NCBI RefSeq assembly: GCF_018977255.1
Contig: NW_024704743.1
Location: forward strand, 29,204,001 to 29,268,000
DNA length: 64,000 nt
DNA from: Callorhinchus milii
Taxonomy: Eukaryota
Direction of reading: 5' to 3'
Shown here: positions 36,501 through 49,400 of the stretch, piece after piece
Position numbering within the stretch: position 1 is the first letter of the stretch
Layout: every line of letters starts with the position of its first letter
Notes under the pieces: model-generated
Database searches by the model: none
What the model was told of the DNA's origin: nothing
What the model saw: only the letters and a program-made list of their open reading frames with translations
Made by a program: the position numbers and the translations under genes

Positions 36501-38261
36501 GCTGAAAAAAGGCCAGTGTGGATTGGCTTGTTCCCTCCCAAAAGTGTTCTACTCATCCCTCCCTTTTTCTGAGGAAATGCCTTACTTTCACCAGGCATCA
36601 TCGTTTCCTTACCGGGAACTAGCCAAATGAGAGACGTTGGGAATTTCAAAGGTGAATTCACTCCATACCATTTTATGGCATAGAGTCGCCAGGGCATGTA
36701 TTAAATGATATAAATTGTATAAAAGGTAATGGCAGAGGAGTAGATTGGATCATTGGCACAACACAATTGGCTGCTGTCATGTGCTACAGAGGGTTGTGAG
36801 TTAAGAGAAAAGCAAATGCAAAACAAGTAGAAACAATGCTATTCTGCCCTTAGGGTAATCTATTATACTTAACATCAACATTGATTCAGGGGCATTAGAA
36901 GTTCAGCTATGTGCTCACAGGAACATCAAAGAAACATCAAGGTTATACAGAGCCTGTCTACGCCTGTCACAAAGGGAATTAAATAATAGTTTTGATAGCA
37001 ATAATAGTAAATATTCTGTACTCCAAGCAAAGTTTGGTATTTGGTAATAGTACAACAACTAAAGAGTAAGTGTATGAAACAACACTATTGAACAATACTG
37101 CTTAACAAAATCTAGAATAAACCACTACATCTGTACAATGTTTGATATAATAATTCTGGAATGTTTTTTATAGGGAGTTTTTTGGATGTGCATTAAACGT
37201 CCTCTAACCTAGGGCAAGGCCAAATTTTACTGTCCACTTGCACACCCACTATATGTCAATGGGAACGCACACAGGAATGCATTCTATCCATGACATATGT
37301 GGTCCTGTAACAAACATATAACAAATGATTTGCCAGTTTGGCTAATGTCTCTCACTTAGATGTCATATTTACAAATTATCCCATCCTTCACTGACATAGT
37401 GTTGTGATCCATATTTATGGTGTTGAAGTTACAGCTTGTTCCATCACTCATTGCCGATCGCAAGCTGTGTCTTGCAGGAGGGCCACTCTGAGGAATGCTC
37501 CAACGCCCTGCACCATGGACTTATGGGATAAGATATTGTGGCCATGACTCCACAAATGGTAAGATTAGTAAGATCCTGATTATTGCTTTTCCACTTTTGG
37601 CAATTGCCAACTAAAGACCAAAGACTTCCTCACAGTAACAAGGGTAAGCTCCTGCATATCCATGTGCAGAACATAAAAAGTCCTCCATTAATTGACAGAT
37701 TTGTATCCTTAGATGTGCTGCTATGATTGCCTTAGGATACAACTTTGGGCGCATGGGTTGTAGGTTCCTCATAACTGCTATTGACCTCTCATTATAATGG
37801 ATCACATTCGCTTTTTACAGGAATACCCCTTAATAACATTCCTCTGCTTCTCTCATTAGAAAGCAAAGGTAAAGGCACAGTCCTGATACTTTAACAATAT
37901 TCCATGTTTGATCAGGCTTGAATACACAGCTGAGTACACTCATAAATATATAAGAGTAGATAGTTCTATCAATCTGCAATTTGAAGTTGCAATATTTTGA
38001 TTAACTATTTTCACCTTCACTGAAGACAATCAGGTCCAGTTAAGTATAGTTCTCTCATAACGCTCCATTATAACGATGGGTTTGAATCAACTGGATTTTA
38101 ATAACATTTTAATAGTGACAATGATATTTTCCCACAACTGAACAAGCAATTAAAAAGAAATTCAAAAAAAATGCCACCCTTCTCACATGTTTTTACCCCA
38201 AATGAAAAACTCATTGCACAACATTTACACTTTTGAATGAACAGCAATAATGAATCTTCCT

Positions 38262-39292
38262 ATCCACTCTATCCTCCACCGCCGCCTCTCCTCTCACCTT
38301 AACCTTCAAGGATCTGTCATTGAATGGTTCAGATCCTACCTCTCACACTGGGTCCACTTTGTCTCGCCAAATGGCCTCTCCTCCAGCCCCCATACTGTCT
38401 CGTGCAGTGTTCCTTAGGGCTCTGTCCTCAGTCCTCTCCTCTTCAACCTGTACAATGTCCCTCTTGGTGACATCATCCGCAGACATGGGGTCAACTTCCA
38501 CATGTATGCGGATAATACCCAACTCTATCTCTCTACCTCCACCCTCGACCCCAGGACCACTGCTGTCCTGACAGAATATCTGTCAGACATCAAGTCCTGG
38601 ATGAGAGTTAATTTTCTACAATTGAACATCAGCAAGACCGAGGCTTTCCTGATTGGCTCACGCCAGAGCCTCCCCACCTCAGGCACTGGCAGCATCAGCA
38701 TCCACGGATGCACACTCGACTTCACCGAGCCAGTCAGGAATATGGGCATCTTGTTCGACCCTCAACTGTCCTTTCTCCTGCACATCTGTGTCATGACCCG
38801 GTCTGCCTCCCCCCGACCTCCACAACATCACCCGACTCCGCCACCAATCAGGCCGCCAAAACCTTCATATATGCCTTCATTACAACCAGGCTCGACTATG
38901 CCAATGTCCTGCTTGTCAGCCTTCCCAACTCTTCCCTTCACAACCTACAGACCATCTAGAGCTCTGCAGCTCATGTCCTCTCCCACAACAGGTTCCATGA
39001 CCCCATGACACCCACCCTCGCCCGGCTCTACTGGCTCGCCATCACTCAGAGGATCAAGTTCAAAATTCTTGTCCTCACCCTCGAGGCCCTCCATGGCCTT
39101 GCTCCCTCCTACCTCTCCGATCTCCTGACCCATTATCAACTTGTCCGCTTCCTCCGCTTTGCAGGCTCCGGCCTGCTCCAAGTCCCCTGCCTAGCCAGCC
39201 CCAGCATTGGTAGTCGGACCTTCAGCCTCTCTGCCCCCACGCTCTGGAACTCCATCCCACACTCCCTTCGTCTCGCTCCCTCCCTTGCCTCT
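38262..39292 (+). mobile_element. L2 LINE fragment lacking its normal 3' tail
   Basis: It contains [25 protein letters not shown] and RIKFKILVLT with frameshifts, and runs directly into the Penelope-like fragment. Confidence 0.92.
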
Positions 39293-39295
39293 CCC

Positions 39296-39447
39296 TCCCA
39301 ACATGCCCCAGTTCTGACAAGGGTCTTGGACCCGAAACGTTGACTCACTTTCCTGTCTTCATAGATGCTGCCTGACCTGCTGAGGGTTCCCAGCAACTTC
39401 TGTTTTTGTTTCAGATTTCCAGCATCTGCAGTATTTTGAATTTTGAC
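39296..39447 (+). mobile_element. Penelope-like element terminal fragment with minimal hammerhead fold
   Basis: agttctgacaagggtcttggacccgaaacgttgact..agatgctgcctgacctgctgag..cagatttccagcatctgcagt resembles a Penelope-derived short repeat that I recall as common in chondrichthyan genomes. Confidence 0.7.
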
Positions 39448-40020
39448 CACATTAACTAAGACTTTGTGTTACAGTAAAACCAAAAACGGAAATGCAAAAT
39501 GGAACAGAATGACTTAAAAGTATATCCTACTCTGGCCATCACTCAATATTTGATATTTCCCAAATAAATGTAAATGGATGAAAAATCAAACTAAAATTCA
39601 AATAACTGCAAGTGTATCCTCGAAAACTTGATTCTTGTACCAAGGCTTGGCCTTGTGACAGAAAAGCTTTATGGTTCAGCTTTATGGTCCAAGCGAGCCA
39701 GTTTAATCTTCTATAGACATGTTCCAGACTCACACCAGATTCTTTTTTGATGAGTTTTAAATTTAGCATGAATCTTTAAATACCACCTTTGTCTTGATCA
39801 AATCCCCACCATATCAGTTGGCAAGATAACTTTCTGTATGTTTCTTGGGAACTTAATACAGCTTACAAACTTTAAAAGTGCTTTTTGGCCCTGTTGTATA
39901 TATTTTCACCATATATATATTTAAAAAATTTAATGTGATTACTTTAACATGAGAGGAAAAAAACACAAGTGGCCAGTAAACAGAAAGTAGAATCTTTTCT
40001 TGATAAAGTGAGATACTTAC

Positions 40021-40139
40021 ACAATGCTTTTTCCAATGTGCTTGAAGGCCTTTTCCACAAACTCGCGGACACTGTGCACCTCTCCTGTAGCGATAATGAA
40101 ATCCTCTGGTTTATCCTGTTGAACCATCAACCACATCGC
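40021..40139 (-). CDS. GMDS: GDP-mannose 4,6-dehydratase, internal coding exon (119 bp; appears equivalent to human exon 8)
   Basis: The minus strand reads [39 protein letters not shown]+GT, matching the GMDS segment [26 protein letters not shown]. The acceptor is ttttcatttcttctgtcaatag| and the donor is |gtaagt. The exon starts in phase 0 and ends in phase 2. It is absent from the ORF track in this frame. Confidence 0.97.
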
Positions 40140-40587
40140 CTATTGACAGAAGAAATGAAAAAAANTGGGCGTTAATACAATAAGTCTATTGGATCCTTCA
40201 CATCAGTTTACTTCAAGGCTTTCAAATTAAATAATAATCAAATATCTCTGGGAAAGAGTCTGCCCTCAGACTGATAAATTATAACTACTGTAAAATGAAT
40301 TGCATCTTAAGAACTATAGTGATGGATTATGCACAAGTATACAGTGTGTCAACCCGTCAAGGATCAGCAAACAGAAATCATGTGTTCTTTGGCTATTGCC
40401 TTAAGCGTTGTTTATAACAAGCCAGCACTGGCATGTTTAACTAAACCTTATTTGTACATAATTGGGGCTAATTCTCAATAGTAAGGACAATACTTTTACT
40501 GTTTATTTTCTATTTTCCAATGATAACATGCATCAAAAACTAGAATCTTATGAAAACAGCACCTCAACGCTGAGTATTAGTTGTATA

Positions 40588-40842
40588 AAAAAATTAAAGA
40601 TCCCATGGTACCATTCAAAAATAGAAGGGAGTTTCTCCCAGTGTCCTGGCCAAAAAATCCTCCAGATAAATTAGCCATTCATCCCATGTATGTTTATGGG
40701 ACACTGCTGTGTGCAAATTGGCTGCAGTGTTTGGCTAAAAAAAACAGTACACAGTACACTTAATAACAATTCTCTGTGAAGCACTTTAAGACATTTTGAC
40801 ATTACAGGCACAAGGCCGATGAATGCAAGGATTATTATTATT
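40588..40842 (+). mobile_element. DeuSINE-like 3' half
   Basis: ttaaagatcccatggtaccattc..gagtttctcccagtgtcctggccaa..aatgcaaggattattatt. Confidence 0.75.
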
Positions 40843-41225
40843 GTATGTTGAATGCATTTTCTCCTCCTTCTCCAAGTTCTGTAATGCAACCAAGGAGAGA
40901 AGATTCCAAGATCTTTCCCATACTTAGAGGGAGGGTGCAGAAGTGACTTTCAACAAATGAGTACAAATGAGAGCAGGAACTCAGCCGAAACTGCAAGTCA
41001 GTCAGCAGGACACTACGATTGCCCAAGGTCTGAATGAGCAAGCACAATCTCGAGTTCTTCCTAAATGGGACTGAGGAACAGAAGAAGACCGAAGCAGACG
41101 GAATTTATTTCTTCTGTCCTATCTTGAAATCCCAGCTAAAGGACAACTTTGTGCAGCACTCAGATTTGTCCTACATTAAATCCCTGGAATATTTTACCTG
41201 TAAATCAGTTATGCAAAAAATTATC

Positions 41226-41555
41226 AATAATAATAATTCTTGCATTTTATATAGCACCTTATCATAGCATTGAGACGTCTCAAAACGCTTCACAGAATAT
41301 ATGCAAAGTGGAGTGACTGTGTATTTTGTGGGCAAAAAAATTGAATAAATAATATAATAATAAATAAAACAAATAGTGCTATGGGGTCTTTACCATCCAT
41401 CTGAACAGGCAGACAGAACTTTGATTTAAAGTTTTATCTGACGGATGGCACCTATGACAACGGACTGTATTGGAGTGTCAATCAGTTCAGAATTCCTATG
41501 TGGGGCTAGAACTTACAACCTTATGAGGGTTGAGTGGTACAAACTGAGATGTAGA
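41226..41555 (-). mobile_element. DeuSINE-like SINE, internally deleted
   Basis: It has the tail, catctgaacaggcagac..atctgacggatggcacc (Deu-like, reversed) and a head remnant. Confidence 0.7.
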
Positions 41556-42793
41556 TGCAATTAGATGCCGAAATCCAGAAATTGTTGCAAATGCCTCACA
41601 CAAATAATGTTCAGTAACCTTAAATGAAAAAGCATTCTTGCCGAAGAACATATAAGATGTAGGTACAAGCATATTCTTTAATGCTTCATATATGGATCTT
41701 ATCCCCAAAATGAAAGGCCAATCTAATACTCAGATGCTCAAAATTTCATAACACACTGATCTGCATATTCTGGATTCTTTATTTATATCTGTATAAAAGC
41801 TAGCATTAATTTTTCCTTAATATTGACTGATCCAAACTATTCTTTACTGAAAAAAATCAAAAATCAGTTTTAAAAAAATCTGCAGTGTTTTCATTTCCAG
41901 TGCAGGTAACCTGGAGTAAATAGTTGCATTAAAAAGTAATAAATCAAGTAGAATTTCATATTTGCAAGATGCCACTTGTTGGTTTACATGCCATTAGTAA
42001 GTGCCAAGTTGAACTCTAAACACTAAAATAGCCGTACATGGGTGGGTAATTTCACTGAGGAATAGAGATGTTTTAGAAATACATCTTGGAATAATAAGCA
42101 GATGTCAGAGGCACCTCCGAATCAGACACTTGAAGACCTGGGCCAACAGGTTATTCAGATATTCTTGGTTTCAAACGCCGAATGTTTGAAATGAGAAAAA
42201 TGAGAACTCAATGAGGTTAACAATGTGATATCTGAACTCGATTCAGAAATGTCAAATTTTGCCAGTAACTGGATGCAAGTCGAGCTGACTCGCAGAATGC
42301 AGTTTCAGGTACCAATAAGAGTCGCTATATCTGACTCCTGGTAATAGATATTGTATGTTAGATACCCACGTCAAATAGATGCTTTTTATTATCTTAAAAG
42401 ATCCTCTCTGTAAGCAGTTTGGATTGGAGTAGAATTCCTGCAGCTTGGTATGAGGTACTTGCGGGTGTTACCATGGTGGATCACCACTTAGCTACATCCA
42501 CATTTGTTCATCTGAATTGGGGCTTTGATATGGAAGTGAAGTTGGGCTGCGATATAAGCCAAAACAATTATTGGTGGCAAGTTTGTAACTAGGTATATGA
42601 ACTTACTTATGTAGGGGGGGAGATTCTATCTAGATCACATGGTTGGAGAAAGAGCCATGAACGCAGAGAACAATTAGACAGAGAGTTAGATGGACAGACA
42701 ACAACAACAAATTACATTTGCATAGCGACTTTCACATCAGTGGATGTCCCAAGGTGCTGGACAGTCAGGGACAAACAGATAGAGAAAGAGATG

Positions 42794-42795
<2 letters not shown>

Positions 42796-42832
<37 letters not shown>
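42796..42832. repeat. (GA)n microsatellite
   Basis: An uninterrupted GA run. Confidence 0.95.
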
Positions 42833-42835
<3 letters not shown>

Positions 42836-43584
42836 GACCCATACACACATAATCCACAGTCATTACACTTTACAGTATATCATGTGAAGCACTTTTGGAC
42901 ATCCTGTCGATGTGAAAGGCGCTACACCAAGTAAAGGGTTATTATTATTATCTGTACTGTTTTCAAATCCACAAAGGGGCAAGTCCATTTCATCATATGG
43001 TCTGTATCATTATGTGCAGCTTGAAAGCCAACATACTTCAATACAAACAATATGCAAAACACCAATGTGGAAATAAAATAAAGGCACGAGTACTTTGGAT
43101 GCATGGTTTATTTTTCACGCCATAGGCTAAATTGCACTGAATCCAATAGCATATACATTTCCACACTGCTTTAAAGTTAGAATGGCTGAAAGTGTCACAT
43201 ACCCAGCTCCACATACACCATCTAATATATATGTATATATATATGATGGTGGATGGATATCTGCAATCAGCCCAGTGAAATCAAGTCGGCACAGCAAAGT
43301 GGAAGTGATCTCCAATGTTTCATGCAGAGTAAAGAGAGAGAGAGCATTGCCTCTTGTAAACCACCCCCCCCCCCCCCCCCACAAAAAATGACTTATAAAA
43401 CAATGTCAAAACAACTCAGGCAATGCATTGATACTGATCGTATGTCCTTTATAGTGATGTAAGGCAGTCATCAGTAATGCTCCATCACACCCCTTGAAAC
43501 AAAGCCATGCACAGGATAATAATAATGGATTGACTGTGTATTTTGTGGGCAAAGTGAGAATTGTTGAAGAGAGAAATACATTAC

Positions 43585-43905
43585 GTAGGATTACACAGTA
43601 AAACACCGACACAAGCCATTCGGCCCAAATAGTCCATGCTGAAGTTGATACGCCACATGACTCTCCACCCCTCATAATCCTCTCTCCCCAGCTTTCTCAA
43701 CACTTCTCTATTCCCTTTTCCCCTATGTCAACATCGAATTTCCTCTTAAGTGCATTGATGTTTCTTGTTTCAGCTTCTGACATGGAGTTTTGCATTATCA
43801 CTGATTCTGCCTATAGAATTCCTCCTAAACTCTTTTAGATATAACTGGTAACGATCTTGTATTCATGTCCCCTTGTTATGGGCTCACCAATGAATGGAAA
43901 CAGCC
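43585..43905 (-). mobile_element. CR1 LINE 3' fragment
   Basis: It is the reverse-complement homologue of 8216-8557 (agccattcggccca..gtccatgctg; gtccccttgtt). Confidence 0.75.
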
Positions 43906-44794
43906 TATTTATGAGCGGCTTAGTAAGAGGCAGGGAATAGGGCTTGAAGGATGTGATTTACACTTCGGTTGGAGAGGAGTTGAGACCTGGATTCTTTAAA
44001 GTTGAAACTTAAAGACTAAAATTTATTCAAATGCTCATTCCATTCCCCAAATCTCCTAGTCTCTGGATAAGGCCACAACATGTGGCGCAGAATACATCTG
44101 CCTTTCTGATACCTCCGTCATATTCATCCCTCAGGCCTATTTTGTATAAAATCAGTCAGTTAAATAAGAACAATAGACAAATTCAAAGGATAAACAAGTC
44201 AATGATCCCAGTTAACTGAGCCTCACAGTCCAGTTTGTTTAAAAGCTCATTTGTAACCCACTTTCTGCATAATTCTGCAGAATTTTACTCATCTCTCGAG
44301 AATGCAATAGCTTTGTGAATGTTACTGAAGTAATCCTCTACCACTCCCCTTGAAACAAAGTCATGCACAGTGCCTGGCCTGTTTCATTTGGCTTAGTGCA
44401 GCTGTCTGGCCAAAAAATCCAACAGTGTCCAGGGGAGCCGAAGGATATGGGTGGAGTGTTGGTCTGGAAGTATGAACCATCTCAGCATTTGCAGTGTCTG
44501 TTGGCCAGAAGAATCAGGAATGTTCACAGAGCTCAATGGCACTGGAGAAATCTCTGTCCAGATGTTTATGCCTTTCAAACCAGAGGGTTAACACAGGATA
44601 TGGGGGATGGAGGCATATAATTGTGAAGTCTTCCACTAGGGTCATGTAGACTTTAGTAACAGGTCAAAATAAGACTCAAATCCAAATTATTTTCTGATCT
44701 TAAAAATCTAAGTCAAGTTCATTTTGATGTGAGCTCTTGTCTGTATTTTGATCATATTTCCCATATCATGAGCTACAGAACACGGTTATCATAA

Positions 44795-45035
44795 TAAGGT
44801 CCCATGGCACTATTTGAAAGGAGAAAATAGTTTCTCCCAGTGTCCTGCCCAAACAATCCTTCAGTTAAATTGGTCATTCACTTCCTGATTATTTGCGGGC
44901 CATTTCTGCTCTCAAATTGACTGCTGAATCTGTCTATATATAACAAATACAGTCACTACATTTGACAGCTATTCCTGTGAAGTGTATTGAGAAGTTTTGG
45001 CACAATATCAAGTGCAAAAATTATTTATTATTTAT
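44795..45035 (+). mobile_element. DeuSINE-like 3' half
   Basis: ggtcccatggcactatttgaaaggag..tttctcccagtgtcctgcccaa followed by the tail. Confidence 0.65.
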
Positions 45036-46289
45036 TAACATAATATGTGAAAATGAACAGACAGTTCAGATTAAACAGAGAGTAGTGAATATCCAGGAGA
45101 GTGGAGACAGATTGTGTATGCAAATTCAGGTGAGAATTGAATAGCTATTTGTTGAATAAATCTATTGACTGGTGTGTGAGATAGAGTGCTGAATGAATTT
45201 TGGTTTTACTTTGGGACCAACCAGTTGGATTGTAATGGATGTTTCTGGTCCTGAACATTCCTATGTTCCTACGTAAGTAGGAAATGTTTCTGTATTTTAA
45301 TCTGAAGGCCATGTAACAATTAAAAGTGTCTGGCAAACATAAGCCTCTTTTCTGATCATGACTTTAATTTAGATGGTTTCATTCTTGGCTTCTTTACATT
45401 GCGTAGCAAAAACATGTTAAAGTACAGCACATTCATCTGAGAAATTTTTGGCTCTAAATTTCTAATGTTCTTAGGTTTAAGACCATCAATTTATAGTTTA
45501 AAATAATGTGTAATTCTGGAATATAGTTCAAGTCCTAATTTGGAAGCCAATTTTTCAGTTCTTTTTGGATACTATGGAGTAGTGACTTTCAAATTCAACT
45601 CATGTATTCTCCAAAATTGCACACAACCTTAAATTTATTCAATGTTCTTAAGACGAAGAAGATGATAACTTTCTGGCCTATGAAACCTGAATAAAGATAA
45701 TAATAATAATCCTTGCATTTGATAATAATAATAATCCTTGCACTTTATACAGTAAAGTGCTCATATTACACAACAAATATGAAAGTAAGGCTTCCTCTGC
45801 TGGTATCTGTGACTGGTTAAATTGGAAACTTTCCTCTTAAAGTCTTATTAATGGCTATAATCTGACAACTTTAGACAACTCTGACAACATCAGAAACCCT
45901 TGGAATCTATTGTTTTTAAAACTGTCATTTCTGTATTTATACTGATTTTCCCCATTTATACTTTTGCTTTCAAGTAGGACATCAGCACTGGTGGATTTTA
46001 AATTTTTTGTGCAAGCACAATGTTTGTGGACGTCACAGCGCATGGAATCAAACCTGATCCATGCTCAGTATGAAACAGCGGGAAAAGTGGTGGCCGAAAG
46101 GAATCTTGGTTTGTCTACAAACCTGCAATACCTCCAGGAGATCCTCCTTTGAGTTGGGTCTGCTTTAAAACACAGAACTTTCACAATTTGCAATGCATAA
46201 CAGAGATCAATTACAGGATTAGTCTGAACTTATTTGAAATTGTGTAACACAATTCAAGTTAGATGGAAGTCGCCTCACTTTGTGGAAAG

Positions 46290-46550
46290 TGTTAGACGCA
46301 GGTTAGCAAGAGCCATGGCTTGGGGACCCCAGAGTGTGCATTGGGGTACTGCTGGAGTCTAACCAGGTAAAACCGCATACCTTGTCATTGATATTGTTGT
46401 CTGGCAAGCCTTCCCGCTGCTTGTCCAGCTAGGACCACCCTACTTGTTAGGGCTTTGGCTTGCAGCGTTAACAAGAGCTGAGTGGGAGAACTCCACACCC
46501 CGAGTGACTAGTCTGCCCTTCCAAGTCCTGCTGATGAGCCAGGCTGGCTG
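46290..46550 (+). repeat. Unassigned ancient interspersed repeat, copy 2
   Basis: It is collinear with about 27180-27442. The GC-rich sequence may continue to about 46700. Confidence 0.7.
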
Positions 46551-47849
46551 TGCTGTCATCAGCAGTGCCACAGAGTACTGCGGAGCCTGGCTCAGGAACC
46601 AGACTACCAAGACCACCACAGAGGGCTGGCTCGATTCCGCATTCCATTGGCAGGCATGTCACCTTGGAACCAGTTCAGCTCCAAGGAGACCCTGATTACC
46701 TCCCCCCACCCAAAGAGTCATACATTATAGTACATTATAGTAATTTTATACGTTCAAACATTCCTCTTAGGAATTGAACTTGGGACGTTCCTGTCCCGTA
46801 TACTTTAGCATCACACAAATGCAGACTTAAGAGTGATATAGAATTATTTTAATATCTTGTAATATATAATACAGAACGATACAGTAGGTACTATTCTAAT
46901 ATTGCAGACACTTTGCCTAGTTAGGCTCAATTGGGGACATTTACCACAAACACTTATGACCCTGACATGGTCTCCTAAGTACTTCAGTATAGACGTAATA
47001 TTTTATGGTTCTGCTGCTCCTGAATGATGAGGTCATCTCATTAATGAGATTTAAATTGTATGCCACTGGTCTCTGTAATGTATCCTCTATTTGTCACATA
47101 CAGAGTTGTCATAGCTACTAACAACTCCATACTTCCACACTTTTGACACAATACTGAAGCCATTATCCTTGGACATTCAGTGAACAAAGAGGTTGAGATG
47201 AAAAATCATTGGAAAGTAAACATAACCACGAATCATTTTAAAATATAAAGGATTTTTTTTTAACATGTGGATAACAGTGAATATCAAGTCAGGCCGCTGG
47301 TGAAAATGGTCTTTATTATTTAACACATCACCATAACGTGGTGGGTATAATTTGCAGTATTTTTTCATAGATTTCTCAATCAGAAATGTGCACTTATTCA
47401 TTATTGAAAACATTCAATGTTTTAGAAATTCAATAAATGCATTTCTCTTCTCAGTAATTCTGTGAAGAAATACTGTAAATTAGATCCCAATATCTCCTAT
47501 GCATCTAAAAGCAAACAGCTTATTTTAGGATAGGAGCTTTGTAAAAGGAAACACTAATATAATTAGACATTTGCGCTTTTCCCACCAGACCTTTCTTTGA
47601 TAACATTCTCTCTTTATACACCAGCTCTGCATCACCCTTTTTGATTCTGCAAGTCACTCAAGGTTTTCTCAAGACTTCATTCTGTACTCCTGTACTTTGC
47701 ACCAATGTTTTGCAATAACCTTTAAAATCATACATCTTATGGTGTATCTATTGATGACTTGATTGACACTGCCTCTTACCAAAAGAAATCTGATTCAAAT
47801 TTGTTGTAAATTTGATGTCTTCTGGTTATTCTGATTCGATAACAACTTT

Positions 47850-48008
47850 CAAGAGAAAAGTGGATAGATATCTGGGGAGGACAAATTTGTAAGGCTATGG
47901 GAAGAGAGCAGGGAAGTTGGGATTAATTTGATAGCTCTTTCAAGAGCCGGCACAGTCACGATGGGCCAAATGGCCTCCTTCTGTGCTACATAATTCTATG
48001 ATTCTATA
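47850..48008 (+). mobile_element. CR1 3' tail
   Basis: agctctttcaagagccggcacagtcacgatgggccaaatggcctccttctgtgct..attctatgattctat. Confidence 0.85.
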
Positions 48009-48009
48009 C

Positions 48010-48920
48010 CAAGTGGTGTGCAATCTTAGCATCCAGCTTAATCCTGAGCTGAGTTTCAAACACATCTGGTCCAGCAATGAAATACTAAGACTGCTCTCTT
48101 GCACGATTTGCTCACACCTTAACTCATCCACTGTGTTGCCAAAACCTTCATTTATACCTTTGTTACTTCGAGGATTGATTTTTCCAATGTTCTTCTTGAT
48201 AATCTCAAGCTTCATTCTCCAGAAAGTCTAAAGGATTCACAACTCGTGGAGTCCTGTAGCTCAGTGGTCAGAGCACTCGCTTTGCAAGCGAGAGACCTGA
48301 GTTCAATTCCATGCAGGGCGAAACCTTGGGCAAGTTTCCTTACGGCACATGCCTAGTAATAATCCCTCCAAAAAAACAAAACAATAATAAATTGGTCATT
48401 TTCAATCCACGACTGTTTGTGGGACATTGCTGTGCGCAGTTGGCTGCCGCGTTCGCCCACAAATATACAGTCAATTCACTTTACAGTCTATTCTGTGAAG
48501 CGCTTTGGGACGTCTAGAAAACGTGAAAAGCGCTATATCAAATGCAAGGATTATTATTATTATGATTAACTCTGCAGTTTGAGTTCTCACTCACATAAGG
48601 CTCTGGATACCCATGATCCACATCCCTATCCTACCACTTCCCACATATGTCAGAAGATTACATTTAAGATGCATGTTTTGGTCTCGAATCCCTTCCACAG
48701 TCTCGCCTCATCCTACATTTGTCATCTTCCTGCATTCTACATTCCAGCCTATACCTTCTGCTCTTCTGGTCTATTGTTCTATTTATTCAAACAGAGGTGA
48801 TGCAGGCATTGAACTACTGTGCCTCTATCTCCTGCAAACGTTCTCCAAAACCACTTTGCCTCACCCGTATTTTTTTTGCCTTCAAAATGTCCTAAAACAA
48901 TCTCTTTGATTGTGCCTTTG
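48010..48920 (+). mobile_element. Old L2 fragment interrupted by a SINE
   Basis: Decayed L2 RT C-terminal sequence lies on both sides of 48246-48567 and rejoins as ..aactctgcag.. Confidence 0.65.
48246..48567 (+). mobile_element. Full-length tRNA-Ala-derived SINE with 5-bp TSD (aactc)
   Basis: It has A box tagctcagtgg, anticodon arm ctcgc-tttgcaa-gcgag (TGC), B box gagttcaattcc and a (TTA)n tail. aactc occurs at 48241-48245 and 48568-48572. Confidence 0.92.
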
Positions 48921-49189
48921 ATCAACAATTTATATTACTTATGACTCATGATGCATCTCTGGTATAAGGCTTTTTATGGTCCTCCTCTAATGTTCTCTCC
49001 TGAAGCACTGAACAGTAATCTTGTCCTGCTCCATTGTCACAAGCTGCCCTCTGGTACCTCACCCTCATGGCTATGATCATGCCTGAATAGGGTCTGGTCA
49101 GTGACTACTAGGAAATTATTGGATTGGGGCAGGGACAGGGAGAGAAAGAGAGCAGAGACTGCAGCTGAGAATGATCTTCCCTCACCCAG

Positions 49190-49400
49190 TGTCCACCCAC
49201 CTGCCCTTTTCCATTAGAAACACTGAATAAAGATCAGGACCCTTGTCTTGATTTCCCTCCCTCCAAGCCCAGGGATGCTGATCCCCAACTGTAACTGTCT
49301 TTCCCTCCCTCCCCCCCACTGCTGAAGTCAGCTGCTCCGCCTGATCCAGGGACTGAACCTGGGGCTGTTCCGCTCTGCACCACACGACTGTTCCAGCTTT
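49190..49400 (-). mobile_element. Ancient tRNA-like SINE fragment (same family as 63490-63875)
   Basis: The reverse strand reads ccccaggttcagtccctggatc..gctgacttcagc..ccctgggcttggagggagggaaatcaag..ggtcctgatc. Confidence 0.6.

Larger units (their letters stand above)
22302..40020 (-). other. GMDS: GMDS intron (17,719 bp, GT-AG, phase 2)
   Basis: It is bounded by the donor of the 40021-40139 exon and the acceptor of the 22205-22301 exon. Confidence 0.93.

Noticed and set aside
40165..40165. Ambiguous base N near the GMDS splice acceptor
   Set aside because: This is an assembly ambiguity at the edge of an A run and does not affect the exon.
45696..45745. 25-bp tandem duplication
   Set aside because: It is a doubled SINE tail stub with no sign of function.
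46528..46566. CTGATGA followed by a short stem, as a hammerhead or C/D snoRNA
   Set aside because: No GAAA follows the stem and there is no suitably placed D box with a terminal stem. It is just a 10-bp inverted repeat (ctgctgatga/tcatcagcag).
48246..48320. tRNA-Ala gene
   Set aside because: There is no proper acceptor stem, and the sequence continues into a SINE body and tail with a TSD. It is a SINE head.
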